IMG/VR virus record: IMGVR_UViG_2534681658_000013
DNA length: 35,120 nt
Source of the DNA: a virus
Taxonomy: Duplodnaviria > Heunggongvirae > Uroviricota > Caudoviricetes
Direction: 5' to 3' (one strand)
The translations under genes were made by a program, and so were the position numbers. Under the pieces are notes generated by a model. It had not been told where the DNA came from and did not search any database. It saw nothing but the letters and a program-made list of their open reading frames with translations. Of this stretch, positions 26,833 through 35,120 are shown one piece after another. Position 1 is the first letter of the stretch; each line of letters opens with the position of its first letter.

Positions 26833-29386
26833 TCTTGTTATTGACCTGAGTCTGGATGCTGTCCGTTTCGATGAGCAGATGAGCCGGGTAAGGCGTCATT
26901 TTTCAGGTCTGGATACCGACGCCAGAAAAACCGCCAGTGCTGTTGAACAGGGCCTGAGCCGCCAGGCGCTGGCTGCACAAAAAGCCGGGATTTCCGTCGG
27001 GCAGTATAAAGCGGCCATGCGAACCCTGCCCGCACAGTTTACGGATATCGCCACGCAGCTTGCCGGTGGTCAGAATCCCTGGTTGATCCTGCTGCAACAG
27101 GGCGGTCAGGTGAAGGACTCCTTCGGCGGGATGATCCCCATGTTCAGGGGGCTTGCCGGTGCGATCACCCTGCCGATGGTCGGGGTCACCTCGCTGGCGG
27201 TGGCGACAGGTGCGCTGGCGTACGCCTGGTACCAGGGCGACGCCACGCTTTCAGAATTTAATAAAACGCTGGTCCTTTCCGGCAATCAGGCCGGACTGAC
27301 TGCCGATCGTATGCTGACGCTCTCAAGAGCCGGGCAGGCAGCAGGGCTGACGTTTAACCAGGCGAGAGAGTCACTGGCAGCCCTGGTGAATGCCGGTGTG
27401 CGTGGTGGTGAACAGTTTGATGCCATCAACCAGAGTGTCGCGCGTTTTGCGTCTGCATCCGGTGTGGAGGTGGATAAAGTCGCTGAAGCCTTCGGGAAGC
27501 TGACCACTGACCCGACGTCGGGACTGATGGCGATGGCGCGCCAGTTCCGTAACGTGACGGCAGAGCAGATTGCGTATGTTGCACAGCTGCAGCGTTCCGG
27601 AGACGAGGCCGGGGCATTGCAGGCGGCGAACGATATCGCCACGAAAGGCTTTGATGAGCAGACCCGTCGCCTGAAAGAAAACATGGGAACACTGGAGACC
27701 TGGGCGGATAAAACAGGGAAGGCATTCAAATCGATGTGGGATGCCATTCTGGATATCGGTCGTCCGGAATCCTCAGCGGATATGCTCGCCAGTGCGCAGA
27801 AGGCATTTGATGAGGCGGATAAAAAATGGCAGTGGTACCAGAGCCGGAGCCAGCGCCGGGGAAAGACCTCCTCTTTTCGTGCGAACCTTCAGGGGGCATG
27901 GGATGACCGGGAAAATGCCCGTCTGGGTCTGGCAGCGGCCACGCTGCAGTCGGATATGGAAAAAGCCGGTGAACTGGCGGCAAGGGACAGGGCTGAGCGT
28001 GAGTCGTCACAGCTGAAGTATACCGGAGAGGCGCAGAAGGCGTATGAGCGCCTGCAGACGCCGCTGGATAAATATACCGCCCGTCAGAAAGAGCTGAATA
28101 AGGCCCTGAAAGACGGAAAAATCCTGCAGGCGGATTACAACACGCTGATGGCGTCGGCAAAAAAGGATTATGAATCGACGCTGAAAAAGCCGTCAGGTGT
28201 GAAGGTGTCTGCCGGTGAGCGCCAGGAAGACCGGGCGCATGCAGCCCTGCTGGCGCTTGAAACCGAGCTCAGGACGCTGGAAAAACACAGCGGTGTGAAT
28301 GAGAAAATCAGCCAGCAGCGCCGGGATTTATGGGAAGCGGAAAGTCAGTATGTGGTCCTGAAAGAGGCCGCCACGAAACGGCAGTTATCTGAGCAGGAAA
28401 AATCCCTGCTGGCTCATGAGAAAGAGACGCTGGAGTACAAACGCCAGCTGGCTGAGCTGGGAGACAAGATTGAACACCAGAAGCGGCTGAATGAGCTGGC
28501 ACAGCAGGCGGCGCGGTTTGAACAGCAGCAAAGCGCGAAGCAGGCGGCAATCAGCGCAAAAGCCCGCGGCCTCACCGACCGTCAGGCGCAGCGGGAGTCG
28601 GAAGAGCAGCGCCTTCGTGAGGTGTACGGTGATAATCCGGCTGCGCTGGCGAAGGCCACATCGGCACTGAAGAACACCTGGTCTGCGGAGGAGCAGCTTC
28701 GTGGAAGCTGGATGGCCGGGATGAAGTCCGGCTGGGGAGAGTGGGCGGAAAGTGCGACGGACAGTTTTTCGCAGGTTAAAAGTGTGGCCACGCAGACCTT
28801 TGACGGTATTGCACAGAATATGGCAGCGATGCTGACCGGCAGCGAACAGAACTGGCGTGGTTTCACCCGTTCTGTGCTGTCCATGCTGACAGAGATTTTT
28901 CTGAAGCAGGCGATGGTGGGGATAGTCGGGAGTATCGGCAGCGCCATTGGCGGGGCTGTTGGTGGCGGCGCATCCGCGTCAGGCGGTACAGCCATTCAGG
29001 CTGCGGCGGCGAACTTCCATTTCGCGACCGGGGGATTTACGGGGACGGGGGGTAAATATGAACCTGCGGGGATTGTTCATCGCGGGGAGTTTGTCTTCAC
29101 GAAGGAGGCGACCAGCCGGATTGGTGTCGGCAATCTGTACCGCCTGATGCGGGGCTATGCGGAAGGTGGTTATGTCGGCGGTGCCGGAAGTCCGGCGCAG
29201 ATGCGGCGGGCGGAAGGCATTAATTTTAATCAGAACAATCACGTGGTGATTCAGAACGACGGCCCCAACGGGCGGGCAGGGCCGCAGCTGATGAAAGCGG
29301 TGTATGAGATGGCCCGCAAGGGGGCACAGGATGAACTCCGGCTGCAGTTGCGTGATGGCGGTATGTTATCAGGGAGCGGTGGATGA
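26813..29386 (+). CDS. H: Tail tape measure protein H
   Basis: 857 aa; extensive blocks match lambda gpH (PVGDLV.DLSLDA.RFDEQM, AGISVGQYKAAMR.LPAQFTD, QNPWLILLQQGGQVKDSFGGMIPMFRGLAGAITLPMVG, C-terminal GIVHRGEFVFTKEATSRIGVGNLYRLMRGYA). Confidence 0.9.
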   Translation: MSQPVGDLVIDLSLDAVRFDEQMSRVRRHFSGLDTDARKTASAVEQGLSRQALAAQKAGISVGQYKAAMRTLPAQFTDIATQLAGGQNPWLILLQQGGQVKDSFGGMIPMFRGLAGAITLPMVGVTSLAVATGALAYAWYQGDATLSEFNKTLVLSGNQAGLTADRMLTLSRAGQAAGLTFNQARESLAALVNAGVRGGEQFDAINQSVARFASASGVEVDKVAEAFGKLTTDPTSGLMAMARQFRNVTAEQIAYVAQLQRSGDEAGALQAANDIATKGFDEQTRRLKENMGTLETWADKTGKAFKSMWDAILDIGRPESSADMLASAQKAFDEADKKWQWYQSRSQRRGKTSSFRANLQGAWDDRENARLGLAAATLQSDMEKAGELAARDRAERESSQLKYTGEAQKAYERLQTPLDKYTARQKELNKALKDGKILQADYNTLMASAKKDYESTLKKPSGVKVSAGERQEDRAHAALLALETELRTLEKHSGVNEKISQQRRDLWEAESQYVVLKEAATKRQLSEQEKSLLAHEKETLEYKRQLAELGDKIEHQKRLNELAQQAARFEQQQSAKQAAISAKARGLTDRQAQRESEEQRLREVYGDNPAALAKATSALKNTWSAEEQLRGSWMAGMKSGWGEWAESATDSFSQVKSVATQTFDGIAQNMAAMLTGSEQNWRGFTRSVLSMLTEIFLKQAMVGIVGSIGSAIGGAVGGGASASGGTAIQAAAANFHFATGGFTGTGGKYEPAGIVHRGEFVFTKEATSRIGVGNLYRLMRGYAEGGYVGGAGSPAQMRRAEGINFNQNNHVVIQNDGPNGRAGPQLMKAVYEMARKGAQDELRLQLRDGGMLSGSGG

Positions 29387-29712
29387 AAACCTTTCGCTGG
29401 AAAGTGAAGCCGGATATGGAGGTGAACTCGCAGCCATCGGTGCGTGAAGTGCGTTTTGGTGACGGGTACTCACAGCGTATGGCGGCAGGGCTGAATGCTG
29501 ACCTGAAAACATACAGGGTGACGCTTTCCGTGACCCGGGAGGAGGCCCGGCATCTGGAAGCGTTCCTGGCAGAGCACGGTGGCTGGAAGGCATTTTTGTG
29601 GAAGCCACCCTATGCATACCGGCAGATAAAGGTGACCTGTGCCGGGTGGTCTGCGCGGGTCGGGATGTTGCGCGTTGAGTTCAGCGCGGAGTTTAAGCAG
29701 GTGGTGAACTGA
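29383..29712 (+). CDS. M: Minor tail protein M
   Basis: 109 aa, MKTFRWKVKP...VRFGDGYSQR...LRVEFSAEF.QVVN matches lambda gpM. Confidence 0.9.
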   Translation: MKTFRWKVKPDMEVNSQPSVREVRFGDGYSQRMAAGLNADLKTYRVTLSVTREEARHLEAFLAEHGGWKAFLWKPPYAYRQIKVTCAGWSARVGMLRVEFSAEFKQVVN

Positions 29713-30410
29713 TGCAGGATATTCGCGAAGAAAGTCTGAACGAGTCGGTTAAGTCAGAGCAGTCACCGCGGGTGGTACTCTGGGAAATCGACCTGACGGT
29801 ACAGGGTGGTGAGCGGTATTTTTTCTGTAATGAGCTGAATGAAAAAGGGGAGCCGGTCACCTGGCAGGGGCGTAAGTATGAGGCGTACCCGATTGATGGC
29901 AGCGGCTTTGAAATGAACGGGAAAGGCAGCAGTGCCAGACCGTCGCTGACGGTGTCCAATCTGTTCGGCCTTGTCACCGGGATGGCGGAAGACCTGCAGA
30001 GTCTGGTGGGGGCCACGGTGGTCCGCCGCCGGGTGTATGCCCGTTTTCTGGATGCGGTGAATTTTGTGGCGGGCAATCCGGAAGCGGACCCGGAGCAGGA
30101 GCTGAGCGACCGCTGGGTGGTGGAGCAGATGTCGCAGCTGACAGCCATGACGGCCTCGTTTGTGCTGGCCACACCGACCGAGACGGACGGAGCGCAGTTT
30201 CCCGGTCGTATCATGCTGGCGAACACCTGTATGTGGACCTACCGCTCTGATGAGTGTGGTTACACGGGCGGGGCTGTGGCGGATGAGTTCGATAAACCCA
30301 CCACGGATATCCGTAAGGACAGATGCAGCAAGTGCATGCGCGGGTGTGAACTGCGCAGGAATGTCGGCAATTTTGGCGGTTTCCTTTCCATTAATAAACT
30401 TTCGCAGTAA
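29712..30410 (+). CDS. L: Minor tail protein L
   Basis: 232 aa, same size and position as lambda gpL; C-terminal cysteine cluster (CSKCMRGC). Confidence 0.85.
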   Translation: MQDIREESLNESVKSEQSPRVVLWEIDLTVQGGERYFFCNELNEKGEPVTWQGRKYEAYPIDGSGFEMNGKGSSARPSLTVSNLFGLVTGMAEDLQSLVGATVVRRRVYARFLDAVNFVAGNPEADPEQELSDRWVVEQMSQLTAMTASFVLATPTETDGAQFPGRIMLANTCMWTYRSDECGYTGGAVADEFDKPTTDIRKDRCSKCMRGCELRRNVGNFGGFLSINKLSQ

Positions 30411-30420
30411 ATCCCGGTTT

Positions 30421-31164
30421 ATGACACAGACTGAATCAGCGATTCTGGCGCATGCCCGGCGGTGTGCGCCTGCGGAGTCGTGCGGCTTCGTGATAAGCAC
30501 GCCGGAGGGGGAGCGGTATATCCCTTGTGTGAATATTTCCGCAGAGCCGGAGGCGTATTTTCGTATCGCACCGGAAGACTGGCTGCGGGCAGAGATACAG
30601 GGGGAGATTGTGGCACTGGTCCACAGTCATCCCGGTGAGCTGCCCTGGCTGAGCGAGGCTGACCGGCGGCTGCAGATAAAAAGCGCACTGCCCTGGTGGC
30701 TGGTCTGCCGGGGGGAAATTCATAAATTCTGCTGTGTGCCACATCTGACAGGACGGCGCTTTGAGCACGGGGTGACGGACTGTTACACGCTGTTCCGGGA
30801 TGCATACCATCTGGCGGGAATTGATATGCCGGATTTTCATCGCGAGGATGACTGGTGGCGCAACGGCCAGAACCTGTACCTGGACAATATGGCAGTCACC
30901 GGCTTTTACCGGGTGCCCCTGTCCTCTGCACAGCCGGGCGATATCCTGCTGTGCTGCTTCGGCGCATCGGTGGCTAATCATGCCGCCATTTACTGCGGCA
31001 ACGGTGAACTGCTTCACCATATTCCTGAACAACTGAGTAAACGGGAGAGGTATTCCGAAAAATGGCAACGACGAACGCATTCTGTCTGGCGTCACCGCCA
31101 CTGGCACACATCTGCCTTCACGGGGATTTACAACGATTTGGCCGCCGCCTCAGCCTGTATGTGA
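30421..31164 (+). CDS. K: Tail assembly protein K (MPN/JAB plus NlpC/P60-like)
   Basis: ATG at 30421, 10 nt after the L stop; HSHP metal-binding-type motif (VALVHSHPGE) and a downstream Cys/His region; the frame stays open until 31164, overlapping the I start by about 100 nt. The ORF track lists a longer frame from 30160 that would overlap L. Confidence 0.75.
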   Translation: MTQTESAILAHARRCAPAESCGFVISTPEGERYIPCVNISAEPEAYFRIAPEDWLRAEIQGEIVALVHSHPGELPWLSEADRRLQIKSALPWWLVCRGEIHKFCCVPHLTGRRFEHGVTDCYTLFRDAYHLAGIDMPDFHREDDWWRNGQNLYLDNMAVTGFYRVPLSSAQPGDILLCCFGASVANHAAIYCGNGELLHHIPEQLSKRERYSEKWQRRTHSVWRHRHWHTSAFTGIYNDLAAASACM

Positions 31165-31742
31165 ACACGGCAGCGGAAGCCATTCGCGCCCTGTCGATGC
31201 AGATGCCGGGCTTTCGCCTTCAGATGAACGAAGGCTGGTACCAGATACGTATTGCCGGTGAAGACACGGCACCGGAGGTGGTGTACGCCCGCCTTCACGA
31301 ACAGCTGGGTGAGGGAACGGTCATCCACATTGTGCCGCGACTGGCCGGGGCCGGAAAGGGTGGACTGCAGATTGTGTTGGGGGCGGCAGCCATCGTGGGC
31401 TCTTTCTTCACTGCCGGGGCATCAATGGCGTTATGGGGTTCAGCCCTGGCAGCCGGTGGTTTTTCTGCCACCACGATGCTGTTTTCACTTGGAGCCAGCA
31501 TGATTCTGGGCGGTGTGGCCCAGATGCTGGCCCCGAAGGCAAAAACACCGGATTACCGCGCAACGGATAACGGCAGACAGAACACGTACTTTTCCTCGCT
31601 GGATAACATGATTGCCCAGGGGAACTCGATGCCGGTGCCTTACGGGGAAATGCTGGTTGGCTCCCGCCGTATATCCCAGGACATCAGCACCCGTGATGAA
31701 GGCGGGGGCGGAAAGGTCGTGGTTATCGGGCGACAGGGATAA
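31062..31742 (+). CDS. I: Tail assembly protein I
   Basis: ICLHGDLQRFGRR, GWYQIRIAG, VIHIVPRLAGAGKGG.QIVLGAAAIVGSFFTAGA, FSLGASMILGGVAQMLAPKA, NTYFSSLDNMIAQGN match lambda gpI. Confidence 0.85.
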   Translation: MATTNAFCLASPPLAHICLHGDLQRFGRRLSLYVNTAAEAIRALSMQMPGFRLQMNEGWYQIRIAGEDTAPEVVYARLHEQLGEGTVIHIVPRLAGAGKGGLQIVLGAAAIVGSFFTAGASMALWGSALAAGGFSATTMLFSLGASMILGGVAQMLAPKAKTPDYRATDNGRQNTYFSSLDNMIAQGNSMPVPYGEMLVGSRRISQDISTRDEGGGGKVVVIGRQG

Positions 31743-31917
31743 AACATAAAAAAATCCCGCAGTGATCGCGGAGCTGCGGGGACAGACAAATGAAGATCAA
31801 TGTGAAGGAGTTGTTTTTGTTACTCGGGCAAAAAAACACTAACGCAGTGAAATTATACGCGCCACAGTCAGTGTGTGAAAATGTGAAGATATTCAGAAAT
31901 TTTATTCCGTCATGACG

Positions 31918-31947
31918 CAGGCACCCGGTGAGGTGCCTGTTGTTTTT
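31918..31947 (+). terminator. Intrinsic terminator-like hairpin immediately upstream of J
   Basis: Perfect 8-bp stem caggcacc-cggtga-ggtgcctg followed by TTGTTTTTGTG; about 35 nt upstream of the J start. Confidence 0.4.
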
Positions 31948-31982
31948 GTGAGTGAACAATTATCACGGTAAGAGGTGATGTA

Positions 31983-34900
31983 ATGGGCAAAGGTGGCGGC
32001 AAGGCGCACACACCGCGTGAGGCGAAAGACAATCTCAAATCCACGCAGATGATGAGCGTGATTGATGCGATTGGTGAGGGACCGATAGATGGCCCGGTGA
32101 AAGGCCTGCAGAGTATTCTGGTGAACAAAACCCCGCTGACGGACACGGACGGTAATCCCGTGATACACGGTGTGACCGCGGTCTGGCGTGCCGGGGAGCA
32201 GGAGCAGACACCACCGGAAGGCTTTGAGTCCTCCGGCTCTGAAACTGTACTGGGTGTCGAAGTGACCAGGGCAAAACCGGTAACACGCACCATTACGTCA
32301 GCGAACATTGACCGCCTGCGGGTGACCTTCGGGGTGCAGTCACTGGTGGAGACCACGTCAAAGGGTGACCGTAATCCGTCCTCTGTCCGTCTGCTGATTC
32401 AGTTACAGCGTAACGGTAACTGGGTGACAGAAAAGGATGTCACCATTAACGGCAAGACCACCTCACAGTTCCTGGCCTCGGTGATTCTGGATAATCTGCC
32501 TCCCCGCCCCTTTAACATCCGGATGGTCAGGGAGACGGCGGACAGCACCACGGACCAGCTGCAGAACAGAACGCTGTGGTCGTCATACACCGAAATCATC
32601 GATGTGAAACAGTGCTACCCGAACACGGCCATTGTGGGGATGCAGGTGGATGCGGAGCAGTTTGGTGGTCAGCAGATGACGGTGAACTACCATATCCGCG
32701 GTCGCATCATCCAGGTGCCGTCAAACTATGACCCGGAAAAACGCACGTACAGTGGTATCTGGGACGGCAGTCTGAAACCGGCATACAGCAACAATCCGGC
32801 CTGGTGTCTGTGGGACATGCTGACTCACCCGCGCTACGGCATGGGAAAACGTCTGGGGGCGGCGGATGTGGACAAGTGGGCGCTGTATGCCATCGGGCAG
32901 TACTGCGACCAGATGGTGCCGGATGGCTTCGGGGGCACCGAGCCGCGGATGACCTTCAATGCGTACCTGGCACAACAGCGTAAGGCGTGGGATGTTCTCA
33001 GTGATTTCTGCTCGGCGATGCGCTGTATGCCGGTATGGAACGGCCAGATGCTGACGTTTGTTCAGGACCGCCTGTCGGATGTGGTGTGGCCGTACACCAA
33101 CAGCGATGTGGTGGTGGATGATAACGGCGTGGGGTTCCGCTACAGCTTCAGTGCCCTGAAGGACCGGCACACGGCGGTGGAGGTGAATTACACCGACCCG
33201 CAGAACGGCTGGCAGACCTCCACGGAGCTGGTGGAAGACCCGGAAGCCATACTGCGCTACGGGCGCAATCTGCTGAAGATGGACGCGTTCGGCTGTACCA
33301 GCCGCGGTCAGGCCCACCGTGCCGGACTGTGGGTGATAAAGACCGAACTGCTGGAAACGCAGACGGTGGATTTCACGCTCGGGTCTCAGGGGCTGCGGCA
33401 CACACCCGGTGACATTATTGAAATCTGTGATAATGACTATGCCGGGACCCTGACCGGCGGACGTGTCCTGTCCATTGATGCTGCCACCCGCACCCTGACG
33501 CTGGACCGTGAGGTTACCCTGCCGGAGACCGGTGCCGCCACGGTGAACCTGATTAACGGCAGCGGTAAGCCGGTGAGTGTGGACATCACCGAACACCCCG
33601 CGCCGGACCGGATACAGGTCAGTACCCTGCCTGATGGTGTGGAGACATACGGGGTGTGGGGACTCTCCCTGCCGTCACTGCGCCGTCGCCTGTTCCGCTG
33701 TGTCTCCATCCGGGAAAACACGGACGGCACCTTTGCCATCACGGCGGTGCAGCACGTACCGGAAAAAGAAGCCATCGTGGATAACGGTGCCCGCTTTGAG
33801 CCGCAGTCAGGTTCCCTGAACAGCGTCATCCCACCGGCAGTGCAGCACCTGACGGTGGAGGTGAGCGCAGCTGACGGCCAGTATCTGGCGCAGGCGAAAT
33901 GGGACACGCCGCGGGTGGTGAAGGGTGTGCGCTTCAGTCTGCGCCTGACCAGTGGTAAGGGAACGGATGCCAGACTGGTGACCACCGCCATCACCGCAGA
34001 CACGGAGCACCGTTTCAGCGGCCTGCCGCTCGGGGAATACACCCTGACGGTGCGGGCGATAAACAGCTATGGCCAGCAGGGTGAACCTGCCACCACCACC
34101 TTCCGGATTGCCGCACCGGCAGCACCGTCGCGGATTGAGCTGACGCCGGGCTATTTTCAGATAACCGCCACGCCGCATCTTGCCGTTTATGACCCGACGG
34201 TACAGTTTGAGTTCTGGTTCTCGGAAAAGCGGATTGCGGATATCAGGCAGGTTGAAACCGCAGCCCGCTATCTTGGCTCGGCGCTGTACTGGATAGCTGC
34301 CAGTATCAATATCAAACCGGGCCATGATTATTATTTTTACGTTCGCAGTGTGAACACCGTTGGCAAATCGGCATTCGTGGAGGCTGTTGGTCAGCCGAGT
34401 GATGACGCATCCGGCTATCTGGATTTTTTCAAAGGCGAGATAGGGAAAACCCATCTGGCTCAGGAGCTGTGGACGCAGATTGATAACGGTCAGCTTGCGC
34501 CTGACCTGGCTGAAATCAGGACGTCCATTACGGATGTCAGCAATGAAATCACGCAGACCGTCAATAAAAAACTGGAAGACCAGAGTGCAGCGATCCAGCA
34601 GATACAGAAGGTTCAGGTTGATACAAATAATAACCTGAACAGCATGTGGGCTGTGAAGCTGCAGCAGATGCAGGACGGACGCCTTTATATCGCGGGTATT
34701 GGTGCCGGTATTGAGAACACCCCTGACGGCATGCAGAGTCAGGTGCTGCTGGCGGCAGACAGGATTGCGATGATTAATCCTGCAAATGGCAACACAAAGC
34801 CGATGTTTGTTGGTCAGGGCGATCAGATATTCATGAACGAAGTGTTCCTGAAACGCCTGACGGCTCCCACCATTACCAGCGGCGGTAATCCTCCGGTATT

Positions 34901-35120
34901 TTCCCTGACACCGGACGGGTGGCTGACGGCGAAAAATGCCGATATCAGCGGTAACGTGAATGCGAACTCCGGGACGCTCAACAACGTCACGATTAACGAG
35001 AACTGTCGGGTTCTGGGAAAACTGTCCGCCAACCAGATTGAAGGCGATCTCGTTAAAACAGTGGGCAAAGCTTTCCCCCGGGACTCCCGTGCACCGGAAC
35101 GGTGGCCATCAGGGACCATC
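31983..35120 (+). CDS. J: Central tail fibre / host specificity protein J (3' end beyond the window)
   Basis: [22 protein letters not shown]... and many later blocks match lambda gpJ; the frame is open for 1046 codons to the window edge (hence absent from the stop-delimited ORF track). Confidence 0.9.
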   Translation, partial: MGKGGGKAHTPREAKDNLKSTQMMSVIDAIGEGPIDGPVKGLQSILVNKTPLTDTDGNPVIHGVTAVWRAGEQEQTPPEGFESSGSETVLGVEVTRAKPVTRTITSANIDRLRVTFGVQSLVETTSKGDRNPSSVRLLIQLQRNGNWVTEKDVTINGKTTSQFLASVILDNLPPRPFNIRMVRETADSTTDQLQNRTLWSSYTEIIDVKQCYPNTAIVGMQVDAEQFGGQQMTVNYHIRGRIIQVPSNYDPEKRTYSGIWDGSLKPAYSNNPAWCLWDMLTHPRYGMGKRLGAADVDKWALYAIGQYCDQMVPDGFGGTEPRMTFNAYLAQQRKAWDVLSDFCSAMRCMPVWNGQMLTFVQDRLSDVVWPYTNSDVVVDDNGVGFRYSFSALKDRHTAVEVNYTDPQNGWQTSTELVEDPEAILRYGRNLLKMDAFGCTSRGQAHRAGLWVIKTELLETQTVDFTLGSQGLRHTPGDIIEICDNDYAGTLTGGRVLSIDAATRTLTLDREVTLPETGAATVNLINGSGKPVSVDITEHPAPDRIQVSTLPDGVETYGVWGLSLPSLRRRLFRCVSIRENTDGTFAITAVQHVPEKEAIVDNGARFEPQSGSLNSVIPPAVQHLTVEVSAADGQYLAQAKWDTPRVVKGVRFSLRLTSGKGTDARLVTTAITADTEHRFSGLPLGEYTLTVRAINSYGQQGEPATTTFRIAAPAAPSRIELTPGYFQITATPHLAVYDPTVQFEFWFSEKRIADIRQVETAARYLGSALYWIAASINIKPGHDYYFYVRSVNTVGKSAFVEAVGQPSDDASGYLDFFKGEIGKTHLAQELWTQIDNGQLAPDLAEIRTSITDVSNEITQTVNKKLEDQSAAIQQIQKVQVDTNNNLNSMWAVKLQQMQDGRLYIAGIGAGIENTPDGMQSQVLLAADRIAMINPANGNTKPMFVGQGDQIFMNEVFLKRLTAPTITSGGNPPVFSLTPDGWLTAKNADISGNVNANSGTLNNVTINENCRVLGKLSANQIEGDLVKTVGKAFPRDSRAPERWPSGTI

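Noticed and set aside
30160-30420. N-terminal extension of the K reading frame (87 codons upstream of the chosen ATG)
   Set aside because: Would overlap most of the 3' half of L in another frame; the ATG at 30421 sits right after the L stop and matches the lambda arrangement.
29693-31107. Minus-strand ORFs of 177 to 245 aa over the L-K-I region
   Set aside because: Antisense to clearly identified tail assembly genes.
32721-34454. Several long minus-strand ORFs (32721..33596, 33437..34042, 33807..34454)
   Set aside because: All antisense to the J tail-fibre gene; typical spurious frames in GC-rich coding DNA.
1-35120. CRISPR array, integrase or attachment sites
   Set aside because: No spaced direct-repeat array and no tyrosine or serine recombinase ORF is present in the window; the prophage ends must lie outside it.

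Overview
This window is a large part of a lambda-like (lambdoid) prophage from an enterobacterial host, running from the immunity region to a 3'-truncated J tail-fibre gene. All calls are made by eye from the sequence and the ORF track, from recalled protein families and lambda synteny; no searches or computations were run. Order, left to right: a leftward HTH repressor with divergent Cro-like and YdaT/CII-like genes; an O-like replication initiator carrying internal iterons and a DnaC-like helicase loader; two hypothetical genes; a visibly AT-rich cargo island (about 4790-8780) carrying an overlapping AAA+ ATPase and intracellular S8 subtilisin-like peptidase pair; a DUF968/RusA/Q-like late-regulation block with a pR'-like promoter, tR'-like terminator and two tRNAs (Ile2-CAU, Arg-UCU); an AT-rich accessory locus; a pinholin/SAR-endolysin/Rz/Rz1 lysis cassette with inserted genes; a lambda-type cos site; and a near-canonical lambda head and tail module (Nu1, A, W, B, C/Nu3, D, E, FI, FII, Z, U, V, G/G-T, H, M, L, K, I, J). 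The main candidate for a novel or poorly characterised system is the ATPase + S8 peptidase cassette, which I interpret as a phage-borne anti-phage defence (abortive-infection-like) module, possibly related to the described IetAS pair. No integrase, att site, CRISPR array or Shiga toxin genes are present in the window.
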